This document shows positions 1 to 13,985 of a stretch of 64,000 nucleotides of DNA, piece by piece (the first letter of the stretch is position 1; every line of letters begins with the position of its first letter). The stretch covers positions 1 to 64,000 of the forward strand of contig NGBS01000586.1 in assembly GCA_002245135.1 (NCBI GenBank), written 5' to 3'. Origin of the DNA: Proteromonas lacertae (Eukaryota). Position numbers and translations under genes: made by a program. The notes under the pieces were generated by a model. That model saw nothing but the letters and a program-made list of their open reading frames with translations. It was not told the DNA's origin and did no database searches.

Positions 1-237
1 AATGTTTATTTTATCAAAGCACATTTTTGCTCATACATCAACTAAACAAACATAAAGAAAGTCAAATAAATGTATTCGACACTTCTCATAAAATTGATTA
101 CAACTACATCATTTTTAGATCAACTACGCAATCAGCAACATCACTAAAAAATCAGTGACGTTTTAAGTAATTTTCAAAATAGATTGTAATTAAATAGGAA
201 TTTTCTATACTTCAGATTTTTTTGTATTTCTGTCAAA

Positions 238-2209
238 ATGGCTAGTGAAATAAACGCTAATCTTCCTTATTATACATCAGATATTCACGAAGAGGTGAGA
301 TTAAGAGAAGGTAACACACCTGCTTCCAAAGTTGGGACATTTACAGTATCACAAATCTTTGAGAAGACTGTATCTGAGCATCATAACTGGGTTGCCCTTG
401 TCAGTTGTGAAGGAAAAGAATATACCTTTCGAGATTTCTATAATGCAGCTAAAAAGTATAAATAATGAGTAATCATATATTTAGATTTGCTATGTCAATG
501 ATACATGTCGGTTGTGAGACATTTACAACATGCCACGTTAGTGGTTTTAATGCTCCTGAGTGGATAATCGCTCATTTTGGCTCAATGTTAGGCCAATTCG
601 TCAGCGCAGGCATATATGCAACAAATTCACCTGAAGTATGTAAATACATTTTAAAAGATTGTAATGGTTCAGTAGCTGTAGTAGATGGTAAAGAACAATA
701 CGAAAAATACATATCAATCTGTGAAAATAGTAATTTAAAAGCAATAGTTGTATATAATAGTGAAGATGTAGTAATTGAAGAAAAATACAAAGGTTTTGTC
801 TATCGATGGGAAGATTTTTTGAAATTAGGAGATAACGAAGATGAAAAAGTATTCAATGAAAGACAAAAACTCATCAAGCCAAACCAATGTTGTTCTGTAA
901 TCTACACAAGTGGTACAACAAGCTATCCAAAAGGAGTTATGATGAGTCATGATAATATAATGTGTATATTATTAAATGCTAAGAAATATTTCTATCCCAA
1001 TGGTTAATGGACAAATGACATCAGTTTCATATTTACCATTAAGTCATGTTGCTGCTCAATGTTTAGAAACATTTGCATTATATTATGGAATAAGAATCTG
1101 CTTTGCAGATAGAAATGCCTTAAAAGGAACACTAGTGAAATATCTAAGAAAATATCATCCTCAAATGTTTTTTGGTGTTCCAAGAGTATATCAAAAGATG
1201 CAATCATCCATATTAGAGCAAATTAGTAAACTTAGTTCAATGAAGAAGTATTTAGTTGAAGCTGCAATGAGTAAAGGAATGTATTATGCTCAACATGATC
1301 AAGCTGGAGAGAATCACAAAACTAAATTTGGTTGGAGTATGTATAATAAGTGTATATTATCATCATTAAGAAAAGCAATTGGTTTAGATAAGGCACAGTT
1401 ATGTATAGTTGGTGGTGCTCCAGCTGATGCTGATTTGGTTTTATTCTTCAGATCTTTGGATGTGAAATTAGTAGATGTTTATGGTGCTTCAGAAACAACA
1501 GCAATTGTTACAGCCAATCATCAAGTAGAATGGAAAGCTGGATCAGTTGGTCAATCATTCGCTCATAGTGTTACAAAAATAGATCCTTTAACTCATGAAA
1601 TATTGGTATATAGTAGATCCTTGTGTATGGGTTATATTGGTAAACAGAGAGTAATAAAGCATTATATGATGATGATTGGTTGTCATACTGGTGATACTGG
1701 TATTATTGACAAAGATGGATTTCTATTTATCAATGGAAGATTAAAAGAGATTATTGTTACTGCTGGTGGTGAAAATGTTCCTCCTTTATATATTGAGAAT
1801 TGCTTAAGACCAAGATTACCTTTCTGCTCTAATATAATGGTAGTTGGTGATAAAAAGAAGTTTTTAAGTGTTCTATTGACAATGAAAGAAGAAAGCATTG
1901 ATTTAATTACTGGTGTTCATTCTGGAAGATTAGATAGCGAGAGTAGAAAAGAATTAGCAAAATTTGGATGTAATTGTCAAACTGTAGAGGAATGTAGAAC
2001 TTGTAAAGCTTTAGGTGATAAGATAAAAGAATCACTATCTGAATATAATAAAAAAAGAATCTATTTCTAAAGCTCAGTATATTCAGAAGTTTGTTATTTT
2101 ACCTCATGATTTTATGATTAAGACTGGTGAAATGACAGCTACTTTGAAAGTGAAGAGACATGTAGTATGTGAAAACTTTAAAGACCTGATTGAAGAAATA
2201 TATGCTTAA
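238..2209 (+). CDS. Long-chain fatty acyl-CoA ligase (ACSBG/bubblegum-like)
   Basis: AMP-binding motif IYTSGTTSYPKGVMMSHDN, plus YLPLSHVAAQ, YGASET, HTGDTG, GRLKEIIVTAGGENVPP and C-terminal GEMTATLKVKR. Intron 456-484 (29 nt). Apparent frameshifts near 980, 1645-1680 and 2050. Stop TAA at 2207-2209. Confidence 0.93.
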
Positions 2210-2380
2210 ATAATACTAAATATACATATATGTATAAAATTTGTGAATATAGTTTGTATTTGGGATAATATTATAATAGAATATTCATTATATAGTTCTT
2301 TAAATCGATTTTTAAATGTTTACCCATAAAAATAATCATTTTGATTAATTCTTTAACTAAAATCTTCTCGATCTAAATCA

Positions 2381-2500
2381 AAAAAAGGGCGTGGAGTTTT
2401 TTAACACACTTCCTTTATGGAGGTGGTGAATCGAAATCAAGAGATTTGCCCCGCATAATTTTTTAATTACTCCGATTGTTTTGACTCTTTTAGTTGAGAC
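2381..2500 (+). ncRNA. RNU11: U11 snRNA (minor spliceosome)
   Basis: 5' AAAAAGGGC; stem-loop GAATCGAAATCAAGAGATTT (2428-2447), matching U11 GAAUCGACAUCAAGAGAUUU as I recall it; GCATAATTTTTT Sm-site context (2453-2464); closing helix GCGTGG/CCCCGC; internal hairpin CACTTCC/GGAGGTG; weak 3' hairpin. It is a GC-richer island between two convergent genes. Confidence 0.85.
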
Positions 2501-2529
2501 AATTGGTTAAAAAGAAAAGTAAATGTAAA

Positions 2530-5500
2530 TTAATGTTTTATTTTGATTATTAAACCATCCAACCATGTTTTTGCTTTGTTATTGTAATATTCATATATAT
2601 AACTTGCACTACCTTTATAATCACCAGGAATTTCACCATTACTGTGAATTACAAATTCTTTCTCTTCATTTGGAGTTAACCCTCTCCAATACAGTATCAA
2701 TTCATTACCTTTCATTTCAAAAGAGGAAATTATTTCTCTTTTTACCAATTCTTTTAATTCCACAAATCTTATCTTTAAACCACCAGGTATACCAATGACA
2801 CTTACTACCATTCAATTCCTTCATTTATTTTATTCTTTATTTTTATTCTCAGATCAATTTCTTCTGATTCTTTAATCTCCTTCTTATTCACACTATATTC
2901 CATTGAAACTCTGCAATCTCTATCACTATCAGGGATTTCACTATTGAACTTCAAAGAAACAGATAATGGAATTGAACTTTTAAATTCTTTGCTTCTTTGA
3001 ATAACCAAATCATTTTCATTCGATTTTATAAATTTAGAATAATCTTTCAAATATAAAGAAGAATGATCAGATAGATTAGACAATAATTCACTAGAAATAA
3101 CTTCATTATTCAAATAACATTCAATTATAACATCTTTCAAATCATCACTATTTATTCTGTTGTTATATTCTTCATATATTTGTATCACTTTCAATGTTAA
3201 TATAGTTGATTGAGTTGATCCAAATAATCCATTTTCATTCTGTTTTCTTAACCATTCAACACTATCATCTATATAACTCTTATAATTATATTCTTTATCA
3301 TCTAATTTCATTAGCAATAACACACTTAAACAGGTTGTTTCTATTATTTTATTATCTCCATATGATTTGGTTATTGTTTCTATCAATTTATCATTATTTT
3401 CATCAATATTAATATGACCATCTTTAAACATATTCTTCAGCATTACACCTATTTCATTGCTTTCTTTTATCATTCCTATATTGCAATATGTCAATCCTAA
3501 TAAACTAATTAAATAAATATTCTTATTATCACTTATTGTAGTAATACTTGATACAAATTTCATAAATCCTTCTTTCAGATTGTTACTAATATTGTTTAAA
3601 TCTTCACTCAAAGACCAATATATATAAGCAACACTACAATCTTTACCTGAACCACCAAAACCATCAATAAAATGTGAACTTAAGTAAAATAACCATTTGA
3701 TAAAATCGTCTTGATAATAACCAAAATTTAGCTTTATTTATTTTTTCTTCATCTATACTAATTAATTCTTTCATTTCATTAAATTCCATTAATCCATATG
3801 AAGTTAATACTTCATTAGCTGGACTTTTACCAAACCACTCAAACCCTCCTTCTTCTTTAGTTTGATAATTTAATAACTTTTTATATCCATCCATCAAATA
3901 TTTTATATCCGTTTTTGTTATATTCATGTTAGTAATCCCATGCTTTTTCATATATTTTAATGATAATATCATTGGATAAACAGTGCTTGAAGTTTGTTCA
4001 AAACAACCATATGGTTCATGAATTAAAGATTCTAATGACTTTATATTCAATGACAGTGGAGATGTATAAATATTGATGTTTATCTTAAATGTATTTTATA
4101 TGTTGTATAAGGAATATTAAATGGAAAAATTGACTTATTATTTGTTTTATTCAACTTTGATGTGAATGATATCATTTGAGGATATCCACTTGGATGGATT
4201 CTGATTGGATAATACACTGAATCAGTTACATTTTTACTAATATCAATTACTTTGATTAATATACCACTTCTTATAGTTTTTATTTTTTCTTCTGTTTCTA
4301 AATCATTTTCACTTTCATCATTTCCATAGGTTATGGATTTTTTCTGTTCTTCATTGATTTTCTCATCATATAATCCCTATTGATAATAATAAGATATTAA
4401 TATACTTTCAATTCAATATACTCTTTATGACTATTTTCACTATCATTCCATTCATATAACTTCTTTTCAATTGATATTCCACCAAATACTTCTATTTCCA
4501 TTTTAATGTTATGATTATTTTTATTACTGTAATTATTATTTGTGACAATTACAGGTATGTACATAACATCATTATTTGATATTTCTTTTGGAATTTTACA
4601 ATCAATTTTCAATGGTTTATTAACATTAAAACTAATCTCATTATGTCCAAATATATTATTATTCAACTGATAACTATCAATTTTCACTTTATAAGTTGTT
4701 AAAGAATCACTTAAATGGAATTTTATACTTTTTCCATCACTTGTACAATGTTCACTTGCTGACCAGTAAACTGTGCTTGTAAAATCTTTTCGAATATTAT
4801 TCAACTGAGATTGTGAAGGTGGTGGATGAGCATATACTCTTATATTACTATCTAAATTAAACTCTAATATCTTTTCTATCTGTTTGAATAGTTTATTATT
4901 GTTATTGTTATTGTTTTTGCTTTTATCTTCACTATTATTACTTGTATCAACGGCACCAGCATCAGCTACAATAGCATTTTCCATTACATCACTATTCTTT
5001 GATCGTTTCATTCTATTCATAGCACCACCAAAAGTTAGAGTAGCACCTGCAGCTAATGGCATAGCAGCTGAATAAGCCATTGCTTCAAAAAATAATGGTT
5101 GATAATTCAATATTAGTTTATTATAATATTCATTCTTATTACATGTTGTACAATTAAATAAAAATCTTCTCCATCCTTGAGTTCCTAGTAATAAATCAAC
5201 ATATATATCACTATTATTATTATTATTATTATTAAAGTATTCTTCACTATCTTCTAAGTGTTTTACTTCATTCTCTAAGTAGATCATTGATGGTAAAGAA
5301 GGTTGATGTAATCTTTTCTCATTTATATTCAATACACTTTCATCTGTTACAGTTACACTTATTTCACTATTTATTGGTTTATTTGTGATTGAATCGATTG
5401 TTTTAACTTTCAATTCTACTTCTTCATCTGGTGTATATTCATTCTTTGAACTTTCTATCACTATTTTTATTGTATGAGAAGGTTTGATGAATATTAATCT

Positions 5501-6907
5501 TTCACTTAATGGATAATAACTTTCATTAAATAATGTAACACGAAATACACCAGATAAAGAACCAATTCGATTTTTATTGAATTTTATAATTGTTGATGGT
5601 TTTATTATTTTGACAAATATTATATCTATTAATTTCCATTTCTTATATAATGCTATAATATATTTATTATTATTATTGCTATTGTTATTTTGATTAATTA
5701 TTACATTCACATTTTCATTATTTTTATATATTTCTTCACTTGAACTGATGGTTATTCCTTCTTCCATCACTTTTGGCAATTTTATCATTTTTCTTACACT
5801 CGAAGGATTTGTTACTCTTATTTCATATTCTTTATCCATTTCAGCAACAAAATAATCACTTTTTCCTCGACCTTCATGAATTGTTTTAATTTTCATAACT
5901 TCTTTTATCTCTTTGTTCTTTATTTCAACTATTATTCCTTCAAAATCACAAGGATTTCCATTCTTTTCATAACATTCAAAATATATTCGATTATTTATAT
6001 CACTAATCAAATTAGATCCACTTTCTACATACACACGAATATCTAATTCATAGGATAATATTGGAATTGTTTTCATTATTGATTCTTTATAGTTATTATA
6101 ATATATGATCATATTTATTACAGCATTATTATCTTTTATATGATTTGGTAAATGCAAATTGAATTTCACTTCTCCTGCTGATATTGTTCCATTTCCTTTT
6201 ATTTCTTTTTCATCAATTATTGTACTGATTTCTACATTATTTAATGTTATTAATTCATTATTTCCACTTTCATTTACTTTCAGAATTCCACTCACTATAT
6301 CATTTTCACCATAGCCTTCTTTATTATATTTTATTTCACTTATAAAATGAGGTTGATAATATTCTTGAATATATATTGTTCGATTGACACTTGGTATTCT
6401 ATCAGCTTTTATTACATATTCTCCACAGCTTATATCTTCTATATATTAATTAATTAATAATATAAAAATATACTAGGGATATGATATACTAAAGATATTG
6501 TGTTGCTTATATACTCTAAATATTTCGAATATATTATGTTGTCGTTGTGAACTATCTTTAAATATACATCTCCAAAGCGAATTTCACTCATGTTATTTGT
6601 CACGACTGAAGATATTATTCCACGTATAAAAATATGTTCATTAGGTTGATAATATTGTTTATCAGTAGACATACACAAAAAATTGTCACTAAAACCATTT
6701 GAAGCTCTATTCACTGATAATATATCACTATTTGTTTCAATTATGTTCTTAGAATTTCCTTCAAATGTAAATATATTATATAAACAGTAGAAAGCGAAGA
6801 TTAAGAACACTAAACACAATGTTAGCTTCTACATTCATAATATGTAAATAAATATATACTTTATTAATACAACTGCTTGATTTATTCTTATTCCAATCAC
6901 TTTTCAT
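2530..6907 (-). CDS. Alpha-2-macroglobulin-family thioester protein with N-terminal membrane anchor
   Basis: Thioester motif PYGCFEQTSS (GCFEQ at 3994-4008); MG-domain motifs STDKQYYQPNE and HEGRG; SVTVTDESVL, DLLLGTQGWRRF, RKDFTSTVYW, GGFEWFG, GLFGSTQSTILTLK and C-terminal ASYIYEYY. ATG at 6905-6907, intron 6829-6859, then hydrophobic LTLCLVFLIFAFYCLY. Several short introns and apparent frameshifts. Confidence 0.88.
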
Positions 6908-7036
6908 TTTTTATTGTTTCAAAAATATAGTCGTTTCAAATTTATTTTTCTTTTGACATAGTTGATTAAATGACATTATTTTCATTGTAAACAAATAAAA
7001 ATAACAAAAATAACACACTATATTAACTAACTAATT

Positions 7037-7886
7037 TCATTGTAAAACTGAATTTAATCTATAAGTATGAAGAAAATTGGCTATTAAATATAACAAATAT
7101 AATGCATATATACAATAGCTATTATATTTATTACTTAAACTAAATCCCAAATATTTACATATATTCAATAATTCTTCTCTACTACGTATATCTAGGTATT
7201 CTTCTATTTTACTACATATTACATAATTATTTTGTTTTGTTAAACGTAATAAATGTTCATTTGAAATTAGATTACTTAGATTACTACTATCATTTAAACA
7301 ACTTGAAATATCAATTATAATTTTTACTCCTTTTGATACAGCATCTGTTAACTATTCAATTTTAATCATATATAGATACATACAGTACTTCTATTAATTT
7401 TATACATAAAATGACTATCAAAGCCAATATCTATACCATCCACTAAATATTGATTTGCAACATGATTAAAAACTTGCTCGCTTAATGGTTTGACAAATGT
7501 TAAGTCATATGAATTCCTGATACTCTTTATAAGTGGATGAACAATCAAAGACAAATCACTAGCAGTTATTTGTAATACTTTATAAATTTTGAATGTTTTT
7601 ATTGGACCTGCGTCTGTTGGCTTTAAACAATTGTATTGTACTTTTGAAGAAAAAGAAGATAAATCAATATTAGGACATTTCTAAATTAATTATTCTATAT
7701 AATAATTACATCAGCTTCTACAGGTTGTCTGTTATTTATTTCATGTGTCAAAAACAAAGCATCATGACCTTCTAATTACAAAAAATGTAATAAAGCATGA
7801 ATACCACTTTGTATCTTTGGAATTAATTCTTTGATATACTCTAAGTCATTCTTTGATGGATCAAACGAGAATTTAAGACAATACAT
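7037..7886 (-). CDS. RPP30: RNase P/MRP subunit p30 (Rpp1/RPP30), divergent
   Basis: Spliced across four roughly 30-nt introns: ...SYDLTFVKPLSEQVFNHVANQYLVDGIDIGFD...TLTDAVSKGVKIIIDISSCL...NLISNEHLLRLTKQNNYVICSKIEEYLDIRSREELLNICKYLGF. This follows the RPP30 pattern YD..AV.P..EK.F / A..RG..FEI / ISN..L....KN.I.SS......R.P.D..NL...G. Confidence 0.7.
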
Positions 7887-7988
7887 TTTAATAAATACAG
7901 GATCGGTGTATTAACCTACTATGAAAAAGCGGGAATCTTACAAAATTATAAGATTGTATCTTTTTATAATCTCACTTTATTCTTTATA

Positions 7989-9634
7989 ATGCCAGGTAAT
8001 TAAAGTTATATTATATTCTTATAGCTGCTGATATCAAAAAAGAATTAGGTGTAGGCGAGCAAGGAGAAGAAACTAAGGTTATCGATAGATTACAACAAAT
8101 GTATATTTGTAGTTAGATAATACCATTTAGATATGACTCAAAAATTAAGCCTTTAGAAAAGCTTTACTTATATGACCGTTTCTACCAACCTCTGTTAGAT
8201 AGTAAAGATTTTCATTGTAGACCTCAAGTTTTATTGATTGGTCAATATTCCGTCGGTAAAACTTCTTTTATTCAATATATGTTGGAGAGAGATTTCCCAG
8301 GACAAAGAATTGGTCCAGAACCAACAACTGATCGTTTCGGTGCAATTATGTATGGAGATGAAGAAAGAATTGTACCAGGTAATGCAGCAGCCATGTCAGC
8401 AGAGTTCCCATTCTCCAATTTAACCAAATTCGGTACTGGTTTCTTAAACCGTTTCGAAGTATGTCAATTACCTAGTCCAATATTAGAAAAAGTATCTTTC
8501 ATCGATACACCAGGTATTTTATCAGGTGCTAAGCAAACATTGAATCGTACATATAATTACGCTGAAGTGATTGAATGGTGGGCAGATAGAGTAGATAGAA
8601 TCTTATTATTATTCGATGCCAACAAATTAGATATTTCTGATGAATTTAAAGCTGCAATTGAAGCATTAAGAGGAAATGATGACAAGATCCGTATTATATT
8701 GAACAAAGCTGATTCAGTAGATCAACAACAATTAATGAGAATATATGGTGCATTGATGTGGTCCTTAGGCCGTGTTATTACCACTCCAGAATCATTGAGA
8801 GTGTATTTAGGATCATTCTGGGATCAACCATTAAAACATAGAGATTTCGAGTCATTATTTGCAATTGAACAAAGAGATTTATTCTCTGATTTAAAGAACT
8901 TACCAAGAAACGCAGCTATTAGAAAGATCAATGATTTAGTGAAGAGAGTCAGACTTGGTAAAACACATGCATTATTATTAAGTCACTTAAGAAATGAAAT
9001 GCCAAAGATGTTTGGTAAAGAAAAGAAGAAGCAACAATTAATCGATGATATGTTGGAAGTATTTAGATCTATTCAAACTGAGCATAGATTACCCGCCTCT
9101 GACTTCCCACCATTAGAGAAGTTCAAAGAATTATTGCAATCTTATGATTTTACTACATTCCCTAAATATGATAAGAAGATGTTTGATTCTATGGAAGATG
9201 TTATATCTCATGATATTCCTGAATTAATGGGAATGTTACCTTCGAAGAAAGAGAGAAAAGATGATGATGAAGAAGATACAACAACAGCTGAAAATCCATT
9301 TGAAACTATTACATTAGATAAAGGACAAGGATCTTGGTTAATTACACCAGCATTCAAAGCTGAAACTGATTCAGTATTCTCAACATTAAAACAGAATAAT
9401 GGGAAAGTGTCAGGTGCTGCTGCTAAAGATGTATTAATGAAGAGTGATTTACCTCAAGAAGATTTAAGAAAAGTATGGACTTTAGCTGATGTAGATAAAG
9501 ATGGAAAATTAGATTCAAGTGAATTTGCTGTTGCTATGTATTTGGTTAACATGAGAACAAAAGGTGAAGATTTACCATCCAAATTACCAGGTGAACTTAT
9601 ACCACCATCTAAGAGACAAAAGCATAAGATATAA
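7989..9634 (+). CDS. EHD1: EH domain-containing protein (EHD/RME-1 dynamin-like ATPase)
   Basis: GQYSVGKTSFI, IGPEPTTDRF, DTPGILSG, LNKAD, C-terminal EH domain (LRKVWTLADVDKDGKLDSSEFAVAMYL) and an NPF motif. Introns 7996-8024 and 8101-8130. Confidence 0.97.
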
Positions 9635-9824
9635 ATAAGAAGAAGAAGAAGAAGAAGTATAGAATTGTAATATAAAATAATAATAATAATTAATATGGTG
9701 TTTTTAAAAAAAGTTTAATATTATTATATATATACATTTCATTTTTGTAATGTTTGTTGTTGTAGATATTAAACCCTTTAAAACAACAATAATATAACAT
9801 AAAATCAATTCTTTTAAAAGTCAT

Positions 9825-10962
9825 TTAAACAATATCTTTTCCTAATTCAAGAACCATTTTAATTATGTCAGTTTTCTTCATAACATCCAATGCTGGTGGA
9901 TATTTTGATAATTTAGACAAACAAATAGCAGCATTTTGTCTCACTTTGGGATTATCAGTTGATTTTATCAACACAACTAATTCATCGATAATATCAGCTT
10001 CAAAAAATGTTTTATTAACATCACTATTATTTTGTAATGTAATTAATATTCTACATAGATTACCATATAGTTTACAGAAAGTTTTACCATCATTTTCAAC
10101 ACCTTTCAATAATGAAAGTAATTCTTTCATTCCATTGTTTGTTATATACTCTAAACATGGATTATAGTTAATAATAGCAGCAAATATTCTGATAATTGGA
10201 TCTATAAACTGTTTATTATTTCTATTCTCACATAAAAGCTTCATGAACATCTGACAATTGTCAGTCGTATTTATCTTTTTTTGAAATGATGGAGTGATTA
10301 ATATCCTTGCTATACATGTAATAACTCTGTAAGTAACATCCAACTATAATATTAAAAATAGTAATACAATATAAAAATACATTAATCTTCGTATTTTTCA
10401 TTAGATTTAACAAAATGTCTAACGCATTATATTGATCTAAAGCACTAACCATATTCATACAGTCTAACAGTCCATTTGCAAGTGAAGATAATGCATTTCC
10501 TTTAGTATTGATAGGTATTTCTTCATTTTGAATATTGTCTAAAATCAGTTTGATTATTCTTGTAGGATATTTGTTAAATGTATTTCTTCCTTCAGGCTCG
10601 AATGTAAGCTTGACTAATATCTCAAATATTTCACTTCTCAGCTTCTCTTTGGTGATAATTTCAGTAAATTCCAAAGTGTTTATTTTTGATAAAAGTAAGA
10701 ATATTTGAAATGTTAAATTTGGAAATTTCTTTATGTTTTCTTTATAAAGTGGTGAAGTTTCCAAATAATCAATAAATAGTAATATATAATACAATTCAGT
10801 AGAATCAATTTCACAATCTAATAATTCAAAAAGTGATTGGAAAATAGCTTTTGAATTGTTTTTAATTTGATTCCAAAATTGTGTATGTTTTGCTGATGAT
10901 AATAAGTAGAAACAACATTCAGTTGTGATTTTAGGAGATAAAGGAGTCATTATATACTATTT

Positions 10963-10993
<31 letters not shown>

Positions 10994-12382
10994 GCATGGA
11001 AAAATATAAATAAAGTCAAATAAAGTGAATTTTTAGAAATAAAAGAAATATTGAGATAAATGATTAATATAAATATATATATACATTGATGATGAGATCA
11101 TGAACTCCATTATCAATCAACAATACATTATTATACTCATCTTCAATAGCTATTCCCATTATGTATATCAATGAAGATATATTCTCAACATTATCATCAA
11201 AGTTCTTAGTGTCAGTGGATAAATCCAATAGATATTGTGATAATGAATGTAATAATCCACTACATCTGAAATATATCTTCATATCTTTATCAATATTCAA
11301 AGTCTCCTTGATTGCGTCATATGCTAAATCCTTCTGTTGATTGTTACTGTTTGAATCTAATAAAGTACCAACGGCTGCTTTAAATCCACCATATAAGTTG
11401 ATTTTCTTAGATAATATTGTATTTTCTATGAGTTTTTGAACTCTTTCATCATCAGCTGTTCTTGATATTTCTAATTCTATTTCGTGTAATAATAACATCG
11501 CTGATTCATTCTTGGGATTGACAGTTGTTAAGAGATTCTTTAAAATTGATTTAGATTCTTCCAAACTATACAAAATAAATAAATAATAATAAATAATACT
11601 TTCCCATATCTTTCAAAGCAACAGCTTCTCTATACATTCCTTTCTCATTCTTATCATCTAAAAACAACGCTCTTTTAGCAAAATCAAGTGATTGCTCTAA
11701 ATTATTCAGTTTATAATGTGTTATTGATATATTTGTTAATAATGTAACAACATACGGATCTACTTCTATTGCTTTCATGTAGTATTCTAATGATTTATCA
11801 TATCTTTGTTTCTTAAACCAAAAATTGCCCTTTTCTTTCAATTCTTCTACACTTAGTTGCTTCCTTTCTTGATTCTTACGACGCTGTTCAACATCTGCTT
11901 TTACCATATTACAAAAGTCGGGATTAGCTTTCTCAAATGCATCATTCTCAGCTTGTTCCTTTTTCTGCTGTAATTCCTCTTTTTCCCTTTGTGAAACTGG
12001 GTCATCAGGATCTTTAACCCATTTGTCCCACTTTTCTACGTTTATTGGGTCATATGGTTTTTTAACCTTTCTTTCTTCATGTTCTCCCGTGTCATTACAA
12101 AATGCTCTATGAATAAATCAATATAATGATTATACTCTTTATAATTTCTAGCTAAATCCCACCAATTCTCTCTTTCTTTTTTCTATTTCAATATAACAAA
12201 AATAAATATACAATATCATTTTGAATCCTTTCGTTTCTCAATTTTCGAAACTGTGAACCGTCTTCATCAGCATGAACCACAATTTCTGGTGCTTTGTCGT
12301 TATCATTACCTTTTGCTATTTTAGTAATCTCTTTACTAACTTTATCTACCCTTTCTAAGAAATCATCCAATTCCTCATCCAT
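9825..12382 (-). CDS. TTC12: TPR + armadillo-repeat protein, TTC12-like (dynein-arm assembly co-chaperone)
   Basis: N-terminus MDEELDDFLERVDKVSKEI; Hsp90-type TPR triplet LKEKGNFWFKKQRY...LLTNISITHYKL...KGMYREAVA; ARM-like helices; C-terminal VRQNAAICLSKL. Multi-exon. Confidence 0.72.
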
Positions 12383-12523
12383 TTCTTTTATAAAAACAGA
12401 ATTTTGTATTTCTTGTAGGCTTGAGGCTTGATTATTTATAAAACAAAAAACAACAAATGCATTACATATACAAATTAATTAAATATAAATATTTACACAA
12501 CATAAGCATATATACATTTACAA

Positions 12524-13670
12524 TCATGTAGGAGGCACATCTAACGATAAAATTGAAACTGGAATAACAGAATTCTGTTTAACAAGCAAATTATTCTTCT
12601 TAGTAACACAACTAGAAGTAGTAGTTGATCTACTTATAGAGTTTGTAGCTCTCAAGTATTTAGAATAATTAGAATTACTTCTTTCAGACTTAAACGAGTA
12701 TTCACTATTGGCAATTGACAATTTTCCTGGTCTTTTACTATATCCAAACATATTTCTCATCACAATTTGAATATGAGCTAATAATTCATTATAATCAGTA
12801 TCAATCATCCTATAACTAGTCACAAAAGGGGAAGGTTTATGCAAAACACAAATTCTATATATTTTACTACAATAACGCTCTTTTGGATAAGCTTTTACAA
12901 TCTGTTTATCAAACATTGTGTCATACAAGATTTTTCTATGTAAAATCTCACTATAACACTTTGGATTAATTATATTCTTCACTATTTTAGATTGTAAATG
13001 ATATAAAGGATCACATAAACAATAACTATTCTCAACTATCTTCATTACTTCTTTTAACTGCAAATTATTATCATTCTGATGTTTTTTTAACCAATGAGTA
13101 ACATTATCATCAATCACATAATTTGGATTTAAATTTCTGAAAAAATAACAGGTTTGTTGGTATGTTAACGATTTATTTGATTGAATACCATTGATAGATA
13201 CTAATATTCTACAACTTTTATTCAATGGAAGCAAAGCAAATATAAATATAAATGGAATGAAGTTATCTAATGTTACTTTGTTATCTATATTGATAAAAAT
13301 AAGTAATATTCACATAAATATATACGAAACTTCTGAAAAAAGAGGTCTACTATACCAATACTCTCTAATGAGAAGTATTTTATAAAATCATAATAATCTA
13401 TGTAAGTATGATAAGAATTTAAACTCCAAATCCTTAAATACTCATACTGCCACTTCGATATCTCATAATTGTTTACTAGAGAGATTTAAAAATATATAAT
13501 AAATACAACAATATAAATCACATATTAATATTGACAAATCATTGAGAGGGAAAAGTGATGTTGTAGGATATGAGCAAAGAAAACGGCTTTTATACCCTTT
13601 ATATATTTTCATCTAAAAATATATAATCTTTCTATACCATTCTTTCTGCTTCTTCTTTTTCAGATATCAT
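12524..13670 (-). CDS. Hypothetical protein (possibly degenerate EF-hand-like core, Ser-rich tail)
   Basis: 236-codon final exon preceded by short exons separated by roughly 30-nt GT-AG introns; ATG at 13668-13670. No family recognised. Confidence 0.55.
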
Positions 13671-13830
13671 AAAAGCTTAAACAAAAAAAATTAAATGGTG
13701 AGGCTTATTTTATTAATGAATTCAACTTATAATAAAAAAGAATACAGAAAGAATAAATGAATTCTGATTTATATTATGAATTTAAAGTAAATTATATGAA
13801 ATGAAATATAGATTTAAAAAAAGAAAAATA

Positions 13831-13912
13831 CGACAGCTGCAGGATTCGAACCTGCGCGCGGAGACCACAATTGATTTCTAGTCAATCTCCTTAACCACTC
13901 GGACAAGCTGTC
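13831..13912 (-). tRNA. tRNA-Ser(AGA)
   Basis: Reverse complement GACAGCTTGTCCGAGTGGTTAAGGAG-ATTGA-CT-AGA-AA-TCAAT, long variable arm, GCAGGTTCGAATCCTGC-AGCTGTCG, followed by a T-rich terminator. Confidence 0.97.
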
Positions 13913-13985
13913 TCATACTTTTTGTCTTAATTTTTGATTGATAATCTCAACACAATAATCTTTTTTTAATTTTGATTTTATTTCA

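Noticed and set aside
960..2070. Frameshifts in the acyl-CoA ligase (also in the A2M, PAP and 59-64 kb coiled-coil genes) as programmed frameshifting, RNA editing or pseudogenes
   Set aside because: They are single-base, often in homopolymers or compensating pairs, and spread across unrelated conserved genes with no shared slippery motif. Long-read consensus error is the simplest explanation.
2385..2455. Minus-strand reading GGGGC...TTCGATTC...CCA...GCCC-T7 as a tRNA-like, tmRNA-like or Pol III RNA
   Set aside because: No cloverleaf can be formed, and the plus strand matches U11 at three ordered motifs.
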